Positions 22,959-32,107 of a stretch of DNA of 62,880 nt are shown one piece after another. Position 1 is the stretch's first letter. The number at the start of each line of letters is the position of its first letter. A program made the translations under genes and the position numbers. A model generated the notes under the pieces. It was not told where the DNA came from, did no database searches, and saw nothing but the letters and a program-made list of their open reading frames with translations. Source of the stretch: an uncultured Spirochaetales bacterium (GTDB taxonomy: Bacteria > Myxococcota_A > UBA9160 > SMWR01); contig CAYTJA010000187.1 in the NCBI GenBank assembly GCA_964437835.1, positions 1-62,880 of the forward strand, written 5' to 3'.

Positions 22959-23648
22959 TCAGTCCGGCGCCCGGGACACCATCACGCGGGCCGGCCGCAC
23001 CACGCGCTCGCGCAAGCGGTAGCCCGGCTGGAAGATCTCGAGCACCGTGCCGGGCGGGAGGTCGGCACGCGGCATCTGCGTCATCGCCTCGTGGACCTGC
23101 GGATCGAAGGGCTTCCCGAGTGCCTCGATCACACTGACGCCGTGCTTCTCGAGCGCACCGCTCAGCTGCCGCCGCACCAGCTCGACGCCCTCGAAGAGCG
23201 CCTTCAGATCGACTCCCTCCTCCACACCCTGCAGTGCGCTCCGGCTGTGCGCGATCGCGCGTTCGAGATTGTCGACCACCGCGAGCAGGTCGAGGACGAG
23301 GGCCTGGTGGCCGTACTGGGAGGCCTCCTGGCGCTCGCGCAGCGCGCGTTTTCGGAAGTTGTCGAAGTCGGCCTGGAGCCGTACCAGCTGATCGCGCTGT
23401 TCGAGCAGCTTGGCCGAGAGGTCCTCGCCTCCGCGCGCGGGGTCGGAGCTCGCGGGCGGTGCCCCCGCTTCGCCATCCGCTGCGGGCGCGCCAGCGCGCG
23501 CGAGCTCGGAGTCCACCGGCCCGCCCTCGCGCCGGCGCTCGGCTTGCTCGACCGCGGCCTCCGCTTCGCGCAGTGCGGCCTCGAGCTCCGGGTCGACCGC
23601 GAGCTGCGAACGCTGGGACGCCGGCTTGCTCTCGTCGCTCGCGCTCAT
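22959..23648 (-). CDS. grpE: Nucleotide exchange factor GrpE
   Basis: RLQADFDNFRKR, LLAVVDNLERA, FDPQVHEAM, GYRLRERVVRPARV. Confidence 0.95.
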   Translation of the reverse strand: MSASDESKPASQRSQLAVDPELEAALREAEAAVEQAERRREGGPVDSELARAGAPAADGEAGAPPASSDPARGGEDLSAKLLEQRDQLVRLQADFDNFRKRALRERQEASQYGHQALVLDLLAVVDNLERAIAHSRSALQGVEEGVDLKALFEGVELVRRQLSGALEKHGVSVIEALGKPFDPQVHEAMTQMPRADLPPGTVLEIFQPGYRLRERVVRPARVMVSRAPD

Positions 23649-23678
23649 CGGCTTTCCTGGACCCGCGCTCTCGACCGC

Positions 23679-24827
23679 TCAGGCGCCGAGCTTGTGCGAA
23701 ACCACCTGCGAGAGGTAGTCCACGAAGGGGATCACGAAGGGGTAGTTCATGCGGCTCGGGCCGATCACGCCGAGCACTCCGAGCGGCGCGCGCTCGTCTC
23801 CGTAGCGAGAGACGACGAGCGCGCATTCGCGCAGCCCGGCCGAGGCAGCCTCGTCGCCGAGGAAGACGCGCACCGCCGGCGCGGGAGGCAGCTCGCGCGT
23901 GGAGTCCGCATCCGAGGGAGCGGCCTGCGTGAGCAGCCCGTCCAGTACCGCGAGCAGCTGTTCCTTCGTCTCGAGCGCCTCGAAGAGTTCGCGCAGGCGG
24001 CGCGGATCCTGGAATTCCGGCTGATCGAGCAGCGCGAGGCGCGTTTCGATCACGAGATCGCGCGGGCCCTCTGCGAGCTCGGTCGCGAGCATCTGGATTC
24101 CGATCTCGAGCGCGCGCGCGAGCAGGGCATCGGCGCGGCCGCGCAGCTCGCGCGCCTCGTCGCGGACGCGCCGTCGCACTTCGAAGAGCGTCTTCCCGGC
24201 GACGCGCTCGCAGAGCAGCGAGGCCATGCGGTCGAGCTCGGCCTGCGTCGCTTCGGCAGCACTCTCGATCACCCGCCGGTGCGCGACGCCAGTCTCGGAC
24301 ACCAGCACGGCCAGGATGCGATCGGAGGCGAGCCGCACCAGCGAGACGTGGCGCAGCACCACTCGCTCGAGGCGCGGCGGAATCACGAAGCCGAGCTGGC
24401 GCGTGTGCTGCGAGAGCAGCTGCGACGCGAGGCGCACCACGCCGTCGGCTTCGGCGTGCTCCACGCCCTTCTCGATCGCGCGGCGTTCGAAGGCCTCGAG
24501 GTCGCCCGCGCCGGCTGCGCGCGTGAGCTCGTCGACGAAGAGGCGCAGGCCGCGCTTCGTCGGCAGGCGACCGGACGACGCGTGCGGCTTGTCGACGAGC
24601 CCGAGCTCGGCGAGCTCCGCAAGCGTGGTGCGGATCGTCGCCGACGAGACCTTGACCGGCAGCAGGTGCGACAGCAGCTCGGAGCCGATCGGACCGGCAT
24701 CCCCGAGATAGGCGCGCACGACGCCCTGGAGCACCGAGCGCTGGCGCAGCGAGAGCTCGGGCGCGGGCCCACTCGCCGCGGCGCGGCCAGGCGCGAGATC
24801 TCGGAGGCTGTGGGCAGTCGAGCTCAT
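23679..24827 (-). CDS. hrcA: Heat-inducible repressor HrcA
   Basis: LSLRQRSVL...PIGS...SSATIR...HASSGRLPT; GVLGVIGPSRMNY; ATG at 24827. Confidence 0.93.
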   Translation of the reverse strand: MSSTAHSLRDLAPGRAAASGPAPELSLRQRSVLQGVVRAYLGDAGPIGSELLSHLLPVKVSSATIRTTLAELAELGLVDKPHASSGRLPTKRGLRLFVDELTRAAGAGDLEAFERRAIEKGVEHAEADGVVRLASQLLSQHTRQLGFVIPPRLERVVLRHVSLVRLASDRILAVLVSETGVAHRRVIESAAEATQAELDRMASLLCERVAGKTLFEVRRRVRDEARELRGRADALLARALEIGIQMLATELAEGPRDLVIETRLALLDQPEFQDPRRLRELFEALETKEQLLAVLDGLLTQAAPSDADSTRELPPAPAVRVFLGDEAASAGLRECALVVSRYGDERAPLGVLGVIGPSRMNYPFVIPFVDYLSQVVSHKLGA

Positions 24828-24892
24828 TTGTGGTGCCAGCCAAGGGGTACCACCCGCGTGCACCCGAGTAAAGAGCGGAAACCCGCGCGCTC

Positions 24893-26113
24893 CTAGACGA
24901 ATTCCGCAAAGACCGAGTCCGAGAGCAGACGCCCGCGAGGGCTCAGCGCGAGATCGCCGCCGGCGGACTCGCGCAGCAGCTCCTGTGCGACGAGTCGCCC
25001 GATTGCCTCGGCGTAGAACGCGCGCGGCGGCCCGCCGAACTCCGCGGCGAAGCGGGAGGCATCGAGGCCAATGCACTGCCGGAGCGCGAGAAAGACCGCC
25101 TCTCCGCGCGCGCTGGCCTCGCAGAGGATCTCCGGCGCGTCGGCGGCGGGCCGCTCCGCTTCGACCCTCGCGAGATACAGCCCGAGCGCGCGCGGGTTCG
25201 CGCGGCGCGAGCCGAAGGGCGCCTCGGCGCGCGCCGGCTCCGTCGAAACCGCGCCGACACCGAGTCCGAGCACGGGCCGGCGCTGCCAGTAACGCCGGTT
25301 GTGCAGCGCCTCCTGGCCCGGTCGCGCGTAGCTCGAAATCTCGTAGCGCGGAACTCCCGCGGCCTCGAGGCGCTCCTCGGTGCGCAGCAGCAGCTCGAGC
25401 GCGAGATCCTCGTCGGGCAGCGCGAGCTGACCGCGCTGCGCGGCCAGCGCGAAGGGGGTGTTGGCTTCGATCGTGAGCTCGTAGACCGAGACGTGGTCGG
25501 GAGCGAACGCGAGCGCCGCGTCGAGGTCGGCGTCGAGCTGTGCCCGGCCCTGCCCCGGCGCTGCCGCGATCAGATCGATCGAGAGCTGTTCGAAGCCGGC
25601 CGCGCGCACTGCCTCCAGCGTCGCGCGGCACTCCCCGGCGCGGTGCGCGCGGCCGAGGCGCCGCAGCGTCGCGTCGTCGAAGGACTGCGCGCCGAGCGAG
25701 ATGCGATTCACACCCGCCGCGCGAAAGCCCGGCAGCCGCTCTCGCTCGAGCGTGCTCGGATTCACTTCGAGCGTGAACTCGCGCAGCGCGCGCGAAGCGG
25801 CGTCCGCCTGCGGGCCCGCGGGATCCGGAAACGCCGTGCGCGCGGCCTCCGCGATCCGGGCGACCGACTCGGGGCGCAGCAGCGAGGGAGTGCCGCCGCC
25901 GAGGTAGAGCGTCTCGAGGCGCCTGCCGCGGAACTCGTGGCTGCGCGCGGCGAGCTCGGCCAGCAGCGCCGCAACATAGCGATCTTCATCGCCTGGCGAG
26001 AGCCTGCGCGCCGCAACGACGGCGAAATCGCAGTAGGGACAGATGCGCTCGCAGAAGGGCACGTGCACGTAGAGGCCGAGGCTTCCGTCGTCCGGTCCGT
26101 TCGCCGCAGTCAC
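24893..26113 (-). CDS. hemW: Radical SAM heme chaperone HemW (HemN-like)
   Basis: LYVHVPFCERICPYCDF (CX3CX2C), GGGTPS, NRISLGAQSF, YEISSYA, HNRRYW. Confidence 0.93.
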   Translation of the reverse strand: MTAANGPDDGSLGLYVHVPFCERICPYCDFAVVAARRLSPGDEDRYVAALLAELAARSHEFRGRRLETLYLGGGTPSLLRPESVARIAEAARTAFPDPAGPQADAASRALREFTLEVNPSTLERERLPGFRAAGVNRISLGAQSFDDATLRRLGRAHRAGECRATLEAVRAAGFEQLSIDLIAAAPGQGRAQLDADLDAALAFAPDHVSVYELTIEANTPFALAAQRGQLALPDEDLALELLLRTEERLEAAGVPRYEISSYARPGQEALHNRRYWQRRPVLGLGVGAVSTEPARAEAPFGSRRANPRALGLYLARVEAERPAADAPEILCEASARGEAVFLALRQCIGLDASRFAAEFGGPPRAFYAEAIGRLVAQELLRESAGGDLALSPRGRLLSDSVFAEFV

Positions 26114-26138
26114 GCCAGAAGGGTACTCTCCCGAAACC

Positions 26139-28814
26139 TTGAATCCGCAAGACGCTGCGCCCGCCCCGCCCTACCGCCGCCACCAGCTCGACAACGGCCT
26201 CGACCTGCTGTTGCTGCCGACCGACCTCGCGCCGGTCGTCGAGGTGCAGATCTGGGCCGGCGTCGGCTCCGCCGACGAGAGCCCCGAGGAAGCCGGGCTC
26301 GCGCACTTCCACGAGCACATGCTCTTCAAGGGCACCGCGCGCCGCGGCGTCGGCGAGATCGCGGGCGAGGTCGAGGGCGCGGGCGGCCGCATCAACGCGT
26401 TCACGTCCTACGACGTCACCTGCTACCACGCAACGCTGCCGAGCGACTCCTGGCCGGTCGGCCTCGACGTGCTCTCCGACGCCGTGCTGCATTCGGCCTT
26501 CGACCCGGGCGAGATCGCGCTCGAGATCGACGTCGTGCTCGAGGAGATCCGGCGCAGCGCGGATTCTCCCCACCACGTGCTCTCCGAGCTCTCCGCGCGC
26601 ACGCTCTACACCGCACATCCGTACCGCGAGCCGATCCTCGGCAGCGCTGAGAACGTCGCGAGCTTCGATCGCGCCAAGGTGCGGCGCTTCTTCGAACGCT
26701 GGTACGCGCCGCACAACCTCGCGCTGGTCGCGGCCGGCGACTTCGATCCCGAGGCCTTCCTCGTGCAGGCGCAGCAGATCTTTGGCGCGCGACTCGGCGC
26801 CGGGAAAGCGGCCGCCGCGCAGCGCGTGCGCCGGCCCGAGCCCGCACAGCGCGCGCTGCGCACTGCGATCCTGACGCGCGCCTTCGAGCGCGTGCGCATG
26901 GAGGTCTCGTGGCCGGTCGTCGCACTGCGCCACCCGGACGCGCCCGCGCTCGACCTGCTCGCGTTCATCCTCGGCAGCGGCGATTCCTCGCGCCTCACGC
27001 GACGCGTGCGCGAGCGCGATGGCCTGGCCGAGCGCATCGACGCGGCCTGCTACACGCCGCTCGACCCGGGCGCGTTCTCGGTGGACATCGAGACGGACGG
27101 GGAGCGCGCGGCCGAGGCGCTCTGCGCGAGCGTGCGAGAGGTAGAGCGGCTGCGCAGCGAGGCGGTCGCGGACGACGAGCTCGACAAAGCCAAGACGAAC
27201 TTCCTGGCGGCGCAGCACTTCGAGCGCGAGAGCGTCTCGGGCCAGGCGGGCAAGCTCGGCAGCTTCCTCACGCTCGCGGGCGATCCGGGGCTCGAGGTGC
27301 GCTACCTCGCCGCGGTCAGCGAGGCCACGCCGGCCTCGCTGTTGCGCGTTGCGCAGCAGTACCTCGCGGCCGATGGGATCTCGGTCGCAGCACTGGTTTC
27401 GGAAGACGCGCGCGGCGCGCTCGACGACGCGAGTGCGGCCGAGGCAGTCGCGCGCGGCGTCGCGGAGCTCGAACGGTTGCGGGAGGCTCCGCGACGCATC
27501 CCGCCCCCCAGCCAGCGCGCGGGTGCAACGCCGAGCGCGACCGCTGCAGGCTCTCGCGCGGCGGCCGCGCCGCCGCGCGCGAGCGCACCCGAGCTGCACG
27601 CATTCGAGCTCTCCGGCGGTACGCGTCTCTACGTGCTGCCGCGCCGCGCGGTTCCGGTCTTTTCGCTGCGCGCGGCGCTGCTCGGCGGGCAGCTCGCCGA
27701 GACGCACGAGCGCTCGGGGCTCTCCGCGTTCCTCGCGGGCATGTGGCTGCGCGGCACGCGCAGCCACGGCGCGGCCGACTTCGCGCGAACTTCCGAACGC
27801 CTGGCGATCGATCTCGACAGCTTCTCGGGACGCAACAGCATCGGCCTGACCCTGGACGCGCCCTCCGCGCGCTTCGACGCGGGACTCGAGCTGCTCGCCG
27901 AGATGTTGCTCGAGCCGGCCTTCGACGCCGAGGAGCTCGAGCGCGAGCGCCGCGAGACGCTGGCCTCGATCGAGCGCCGCGAAGACAGCCTCGCCCAGCG
28001 GGCCTTCCTGCTCTTCGGGGAGGCCCAGTTCCCGACCCATCCCTATGGATGGCCGCTGCTCGGCTGGCGCGAGGGCGCGCAGGCCGTCGATATCGACGCC
28101 GTGGCGCTGCACCACGACGCGCTGGTGCGCTCGGGCAACCTCGTGATCTGCGCCGCCGGCGACCTCGACCCGGATGCGACGGCCCGGCTCGTCTCCTCAC
28201 GGCTGGCCGAGCTCGACACCCGCCCCTTCTCGCGGCCCGAGCTCACGGTCGACCCCGCGCCGGAAATTCCGATCTGCCGCGAGGCGCGCAAGGACCGCGA
28301 GCAGGCCCACCTCGTGATCGGCTTCCGCGGACTCTCGCTGCACGACCCGGACCGCGAGGCACTCGAAGTGATCTCGCAGCTCCTGGCCGGCCAGGGCGGC
28401 CGCCTCTTCCTCGAGCTGCGCGACCGCCAGGGCCTCGCCTACTCCGTCACCGCGAGCCACGTGGACGGCCTCGGCACGGGCACCTTCAGCACCTACATCG
28501 GCACCTCGCCCGACAAGCTCGACGCCGCGCGCGCGGGCTTGCTGCGCGAGCTCGAGAAGCTGATCGCCGCAGCGCCGGAGCCGGCCGAGCTCGAGCGTGC
28601 GCGCCGCTACCTCGCAGGCAACCACTGCATCGACCTCCAGCGCAACGCGAGCCACGCCGCGCACGTCGCGCTCGACGCGCTCTACGGCATCGCCCCCGAC
28701 GCCTATCAGGTGCTGCCGGAGCGCATCGCAGCCGTCACGCCGGCAGACGTACTGCGCGTCGCCAGGCGCGTGATCCGGCTCGACGCGCGCAGCGAGGCCG
28801 TGGTGCGGCCCTAG
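26139..28814 (+). CDS. M16 family zinc peptidase (fused two-unit)
   Basis: GLAHFHEHMLFKG HxxEH, INAFTSYD; second half degenerate (GLSAFLAGMW); LRDRQGLAYSV. Confidence 0.93.
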   Translation: MNPQDAAPAPPYRRHQLDNGLDLLLLPTDLAPVVEVQIWAGVGSADESPEEAGLAHFHEHMLFKGTARRGVGEIAGEVEGAGGRINAFTSYDVTCYHATLPSDSWPVGLDVLSDAVLHSAFDPGEIALEIDVVLEEIRRSADSPHHVLSELSARTLYTAHPYREPILGSAENVASFDRAKVRRFFERWYAPHNLALVAAGDFDPEAFLVQAQQIFGARLGAGKAAAAQRVRRPEPAQRALRTAILTRAFERVRMEVSWPVVALRHPDAPALDLLAFILGSGDSSRLTRRVRERDGLAERIDAACYTPLDPGAFSVDIETDGERAAEALCASVREVERLRSEAVADDELDKAKTNFLAAQHFERESVSGQAGKLGSFLTLAGDPGLEVRYLAAVSEATPASLLRVAQQYLAADGISVAALVSEDARGALDDASAAEAVARGVAELERLREAPRRIPPPSQRAGATPSATAAGSRAAAAPPRASAPELHAFELSGGTRLYVLPRRAVPVFSLRAALLGGQLAETHERSGLSAFLAGMWLRGTRSHGAADFARTSERLAIDLDSFSGRNSIGLTLDAPSARFDAGLELLAEMLLEPAFDAEELERERRETLASIERREDSLAQRAFLLFGEAQFPTHPYGWPLLGWREGAQAVDIDAVALHHDALVRSGNLVICAAGDLDPDATARLVSSRLAELDTRPFSRPELTVDPAPEIPICREARKDREQAHLVIGFRGLSLHDPDREALEVISQLLAGQGGRLFLELRDRQGLAYSVTASHVDGLGTGTFSTYIGTSPDKLDAARAGLLRELEKLIAAAPEPAELERARRYLAGNHCIDLQRNASHAAHVALDALYGIAPDAYQVLPERIAAVTPADVLRVARRVIRLDARSEAVVRP

Positions 28815-28891
28815 ACCGCTGTTCTCAGCAGATCCACGGCAGCGCCCGCGCGTGCTACGGGTCTACTCCGGTCGCAGGGGGGGGAATCGGC

Positions 28892-30919
28892 ATGCCTTCG
28901 GTGATCCGCGCAGCACTCGCGCTGGCGTTGTGTCTTTCACTGCTCGTCGCCTGCGATGCGTCCGGGCCGCCGGCCGGAGGCGAGGCGGCCGGCGAGAAGT
29001 CGGGCAACGCGGCGCCGGCCGGGGCCGACAAGTTCGGCTTCACGGCTCCGAGCGCTTCGACCCAGCAGGCGCAGGCCGCGGTCGCGAGATCGCTGCCGCT
29101 GGCCGACGCTCAGGCCTTCGAGGACGCGAAGCGCGGGCTCGTCGCGAGCGAGCCGAAGCTCAGGATCAAGGGCAGCGACGGCAAGTGGATCTGGGACATG
29201 CCGGCCTTCGACTTCGTGCAGGGCGAGGCGCCGCCCGCGGTGAATCCGAGCCTGTGGCGCCAGGCCAAGCTGAACAACCTGCACGGCCTCTTCGAGGTGA
29301 CCGAGGGCATCTGGCAGGTCCGCGGCTACGACGTCTCGAACATGAGCTGGATCCGCGGCAAGACCGGCTGGATCGTCGTCGACCCGCTCACCTCGCGCGA
29401 GACCGCCGCGGCGGCGGTCGCGCTCGCGCGCAAGCACCTGGGCAATGCACCGATCACCGCGGTGATCTTCACGCACAGCCACGTCGACCACTTCGGCGGG
29501 ATCCTCGCACTGCTGCCGAAGGAGCCCGCAGCCCTGGCGAAGCTCCGCATCGTCGCACCGAAGGGCTTCGTGGCCGAAGCCACCAGCGAAAACGTGCTGG
29601 CCGGTCTCGTGATGGGCCGCCGGGCGACCTATCAGTTCGGCACCACGCTGCCGCGCGGCGCGCGCGGCTACGTCGACACGGGCCTCGGCAAGGCACCCGC
29701 GCGCGGCACGATCGCACTGCGCGGCCCGACCGACAGCATCGATCGCACGCCGCAGCCGCTCGAGCTCGACGGCCTGCGCTTCGTGTTCCAGTACGCACCC
29801 GAGTCGGAGGCGCCTGCCGAGCTCAGCTTCTACCTGCCCGAGCACAAGGCCTGGTGCGGCGCGGAGCTCGTGAACCAGACCCAGCACAACCTCTACACGC
29901 TACGCGGCGCGAAGGTGCGCGACGCGCAGAAGTGGAGCGGCTACATCGACGAGGCACTGCGGATCTTTCCCGAGGCCGAAGTCGTCTTCACCAGCCACCA
30001 GTGGCCGGTCTGGGGCGCGGATCGCGTGCGCGCGTTCCTGAAGGGCCAGCGCGACACCTACAAGTTCATCCACGACCAGACGCTGCGCCTCGCGAACCAG
30101 GGCCTGACCCCGCGCGAGATCTCGGAACGCATCGAGCTGCCCGAGTCGCTCGCGAAATCCTTCGCGAACCGCGGCTACTACGGGACCGTCCGGCAGAATG
30201 CGAAGGCCGTGTACCAGTTCTACTTCGGCTGGTACGACGGCAACCCCGCGAACCTCGACCCGCTGCCGCCCGAGCCGCTCGGCGCGAAGGTCGTCGCGGC
30301 GATCGGCGGCGCCGCGGCCGTAAAGCAACAGGCGCAGGCCGCGATCGACGCGGGCGAGTACCGCTGGGCGGCCACGCTGCTCGACCACCTCGTTTTCGCC
30401 GAACCGAAGGACGCCGAGGCGAAGCAGCTGTTGGCCAATGTCTACGACCAGCTCGGCTATCGCGCGGAATCTGGCGTCTGGCGCTCGGTGTATCTGACGG
30501 GCGCCCAGGAGCTGCGGCATGGCCTACCGCAAGAAATCCCGCTCTCGCTCGCGGCCGGCTTGATGCGCAATCTGCCGATCGACACGCTCTTCGGCGCGAT
30601 GGCGACGCGCCTCGATGCCGCGAAGGCGCAGGGCAAGACCCTCGCGATCAACTTCCAGTTCTCGGACCTGAAGAAGAACTGGGTGCTCGAGCTCGAGAAC
30701 AGCGTGCTGCACCATGCACGCCGCGACCCGCTGCCGAACGCCGCGGCGACGGTCACGCTCACGCGCGAGCTGTTCCTGAAGCTCGCCGGCGGGCAGGCCG
30801 GTCTCGAGGAGCTGATCTTCTCGAAGGACCTCGAGGTCGCCGGAAGCCGCGCGGATCTGCTCTCCTTCTTCACGCTCTTCGAACGCCCGGACGGACTCTT
30901 CCCGATCGTGACGCCGTGA
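28892..30919 (+). CDS. Alkyl sulfatase (SdsA1/YjcS family), lipoprotein
   Basis: Lipobox LVAC; PSLWRQA, IFTHSHVDHFGG, HNLYTLRGAKVRDA, HQWPVWG, GYYGT; C-terminal SCP2-like domain. Confidence 0.93.
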   Translation: MPSVIRAALALALCLSLLVACDASGPPAGGEAAGEKSGNAAPAGADKFGFTAPSASTQQAQAAVARSLPLADAQAFEDAKRGLVASEPKLRIKGSDGKWIWDMPAFDFVQGEAPPAVNPSLWRQAKLNNLHGLFEVTEGIWQVRGYDVSNMSWIRGKTGWIVVDPLTSRETAAAAVALARKHLGNAPITAVIFTHSHVDHFGGILALLPKEPAALAKLRIVAPKGFVAEATSENVLAGLVMGRRATYQFGTTLPRGARGYVDTGLGKAPARGTIALRGPTDSIDRTPQPLELDGLRFVFQYAPESEAPAELSFYLPEHKAWCGAELVNQTQHNLYTLRGAKVRDAQKWSGYIDEALRIFPEAEVVFTSHQWPVWGADRVRAFLKGQRDTYKFIHDQTLRLANQGLTPREISERIELPESLAKSFANRGYYGTVRQNAKAVYQFYFGWYDGNPANLDPLPPEPLGAKVVAAIGGAAAVKQQAQAAIDAGEYRWAATLLDHLVFAEPKDAEAKQLLANVYDQLGYRAESGVWRSVYLTGAQELRHGLPQEIPLSLAAGLMRNLPIDTLFGAMATRLDAAKAQGKTLAINFQFSDLKKNWVLELENSVLHHARRDPLPNAAATVTLTRELFLKLAGGQAGLEELIFSKDLEVAGSRADLLSFFTLFERPDGLFPIVTP

Positions 30920-31105
30920 GCGACGGCTGCGGGCCGATCGGTTGATTCCAGCGGGAGATGCCACGCACGCGACCGCATCCCCGCGGCTGCGGACTTGCGC
31001 CCTGTTCCGATCCCAGCCCCTTCCCTAGGATCCCGCCGTCACAGCCGACCCTGAGCGCGCACGACGCGGGCGACGGCCGGCCCATTCAGCGAGGAAGCGA
31101 GACCG

Positions 31106-31852
31106 ATGTTCCGAACCCTATCTGCGATCGCCGTGCTGAGCCTCAGCGCGGCGCTGTTCGCCACCGCGCCGGCGCTCGCCCAGGAGCTGAAGAGCGACGA
31201 CGAGAAGACGCTCTACGCCTTCGGCGTGATGATGTCCCAGAACCTGAGCGCGCTCGGGCTCACGAAGTCAGAGCTCGATCTCGTCCAGTCCGGGCTCGCC
31301 GACGGCGTGCTCGGCCGGAAGCCGAAGGTCGAGATGAAGACCTTCCAGCCCAAGATCCAGGCCCTGGTGCAAACGCGCCAGGCTGCCGCAGTGAAGAAGG
31401 AGAAGGACGCTGCGAAAGGCTTCCTCGAGAAGGCCGCGCAGGCCAAGGGCGCCGAAAAGCTCGCGTCGGGCGTGATCTATCGGGAGACGCTTGCCGGCAG
31501 CGGTGCTTCGCCGAAGGCCACGGACCGCGTCAAGGTCCACTATCACGGCACGCTCACGGACGGCAGCGTCTTCGACAGCTCGGTCGAGCGCGCGGAGCCC
31601 GCGGTCTTCCCGCTCAACGGCGTGATCAAGTGCTGGACCGAAGGCGTGCAGAAGATGAAGGTCGGCGGCAAGGCCCACCTGGTGTGCCCTTCGGAAACCG
31701 CCTATGGCGACCGCGGCGCGCCGCCGCGCATCAAGCCCGGAGCCGCCCTTTCCTTCGACGTCGAGCTGATCGAGATCGTGGCCGCAGCAACTGCGCCGGC
31801 CGCCGACGGGGGCAAAGCCGCCGGTGAGGGCAAAGCCGGAGGCGGGAAATAG
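31106..31852 (+). CDS. FKBP-type peptidyl-prolyl isomerase (FkpA/Mip-like)
   Basis: Signal peptide, FKBP_N region, VHYHGTLTDGSVFDSS, AYGDRGAPPRI. Confidence 0.95.
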   Translation: MFRTLSAIAVLSLSAALFATAPALAQELKSDDEKTLYAFGVMMSQNLSALGLTKSELDLVQSGLADGVLGRKPKVEMKTFQPKIQALVQTRQAAAVKKEKDAAKGFLEKAAQAKGAEKLASGVIYRETLAGSGASPKATDRVKVHYHGTLTDGSVFDSSVERAEPAVFPLNGVIKCWTEGVQKMKVGGKAHLVCPSETAYGDRGAPPRIKPGAALSFDVELIEIVAAATAPAADGGKAAGEGKAGGGK

Positions 31853-31906
31853 AGCAAAGCCGAGCGCTGCGGCGGACGCGAGTTCGCCGCAGCGCATTCT
31901 GCAAGT

Positions 31907-32100
31907 CTTGTGGTCCCGGTCCGGGCACAGCCCGGACCACCCCACTTCGCTCGGCTGCGCCTCGCTGCGCGCCGAGCCTTGCGGGTCCCGGTCCGGGAGC
32001 GGCCCGGTCCCACCCGCTCTCCGCTCGGCTGCGCCTCGCTGCGCGCCGACGCGGCTTGCAGTCTTGCGGGTCCCGGTCCGGGAGCGGCCCGGGATCCGCA
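31907..32100 (+). repeat. REP-like modular repeat, cluster 5
   Basis: Three cttg(c/t)gg(g/t)tcccggtccggg modules alternating with two gctcggctgcgcctcgctgcgcgccga modules. Confidence 0.88.
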
Positions 32101-32107
32101 GAGATTG

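Noticed and set aside
24811-24839. CIRCE-like TGGGCAGTC...TGGTGCCAG across the hrcA start
   Set aside because: Spacer is 11 nt rather than 9 and the arms are poorly complementary.
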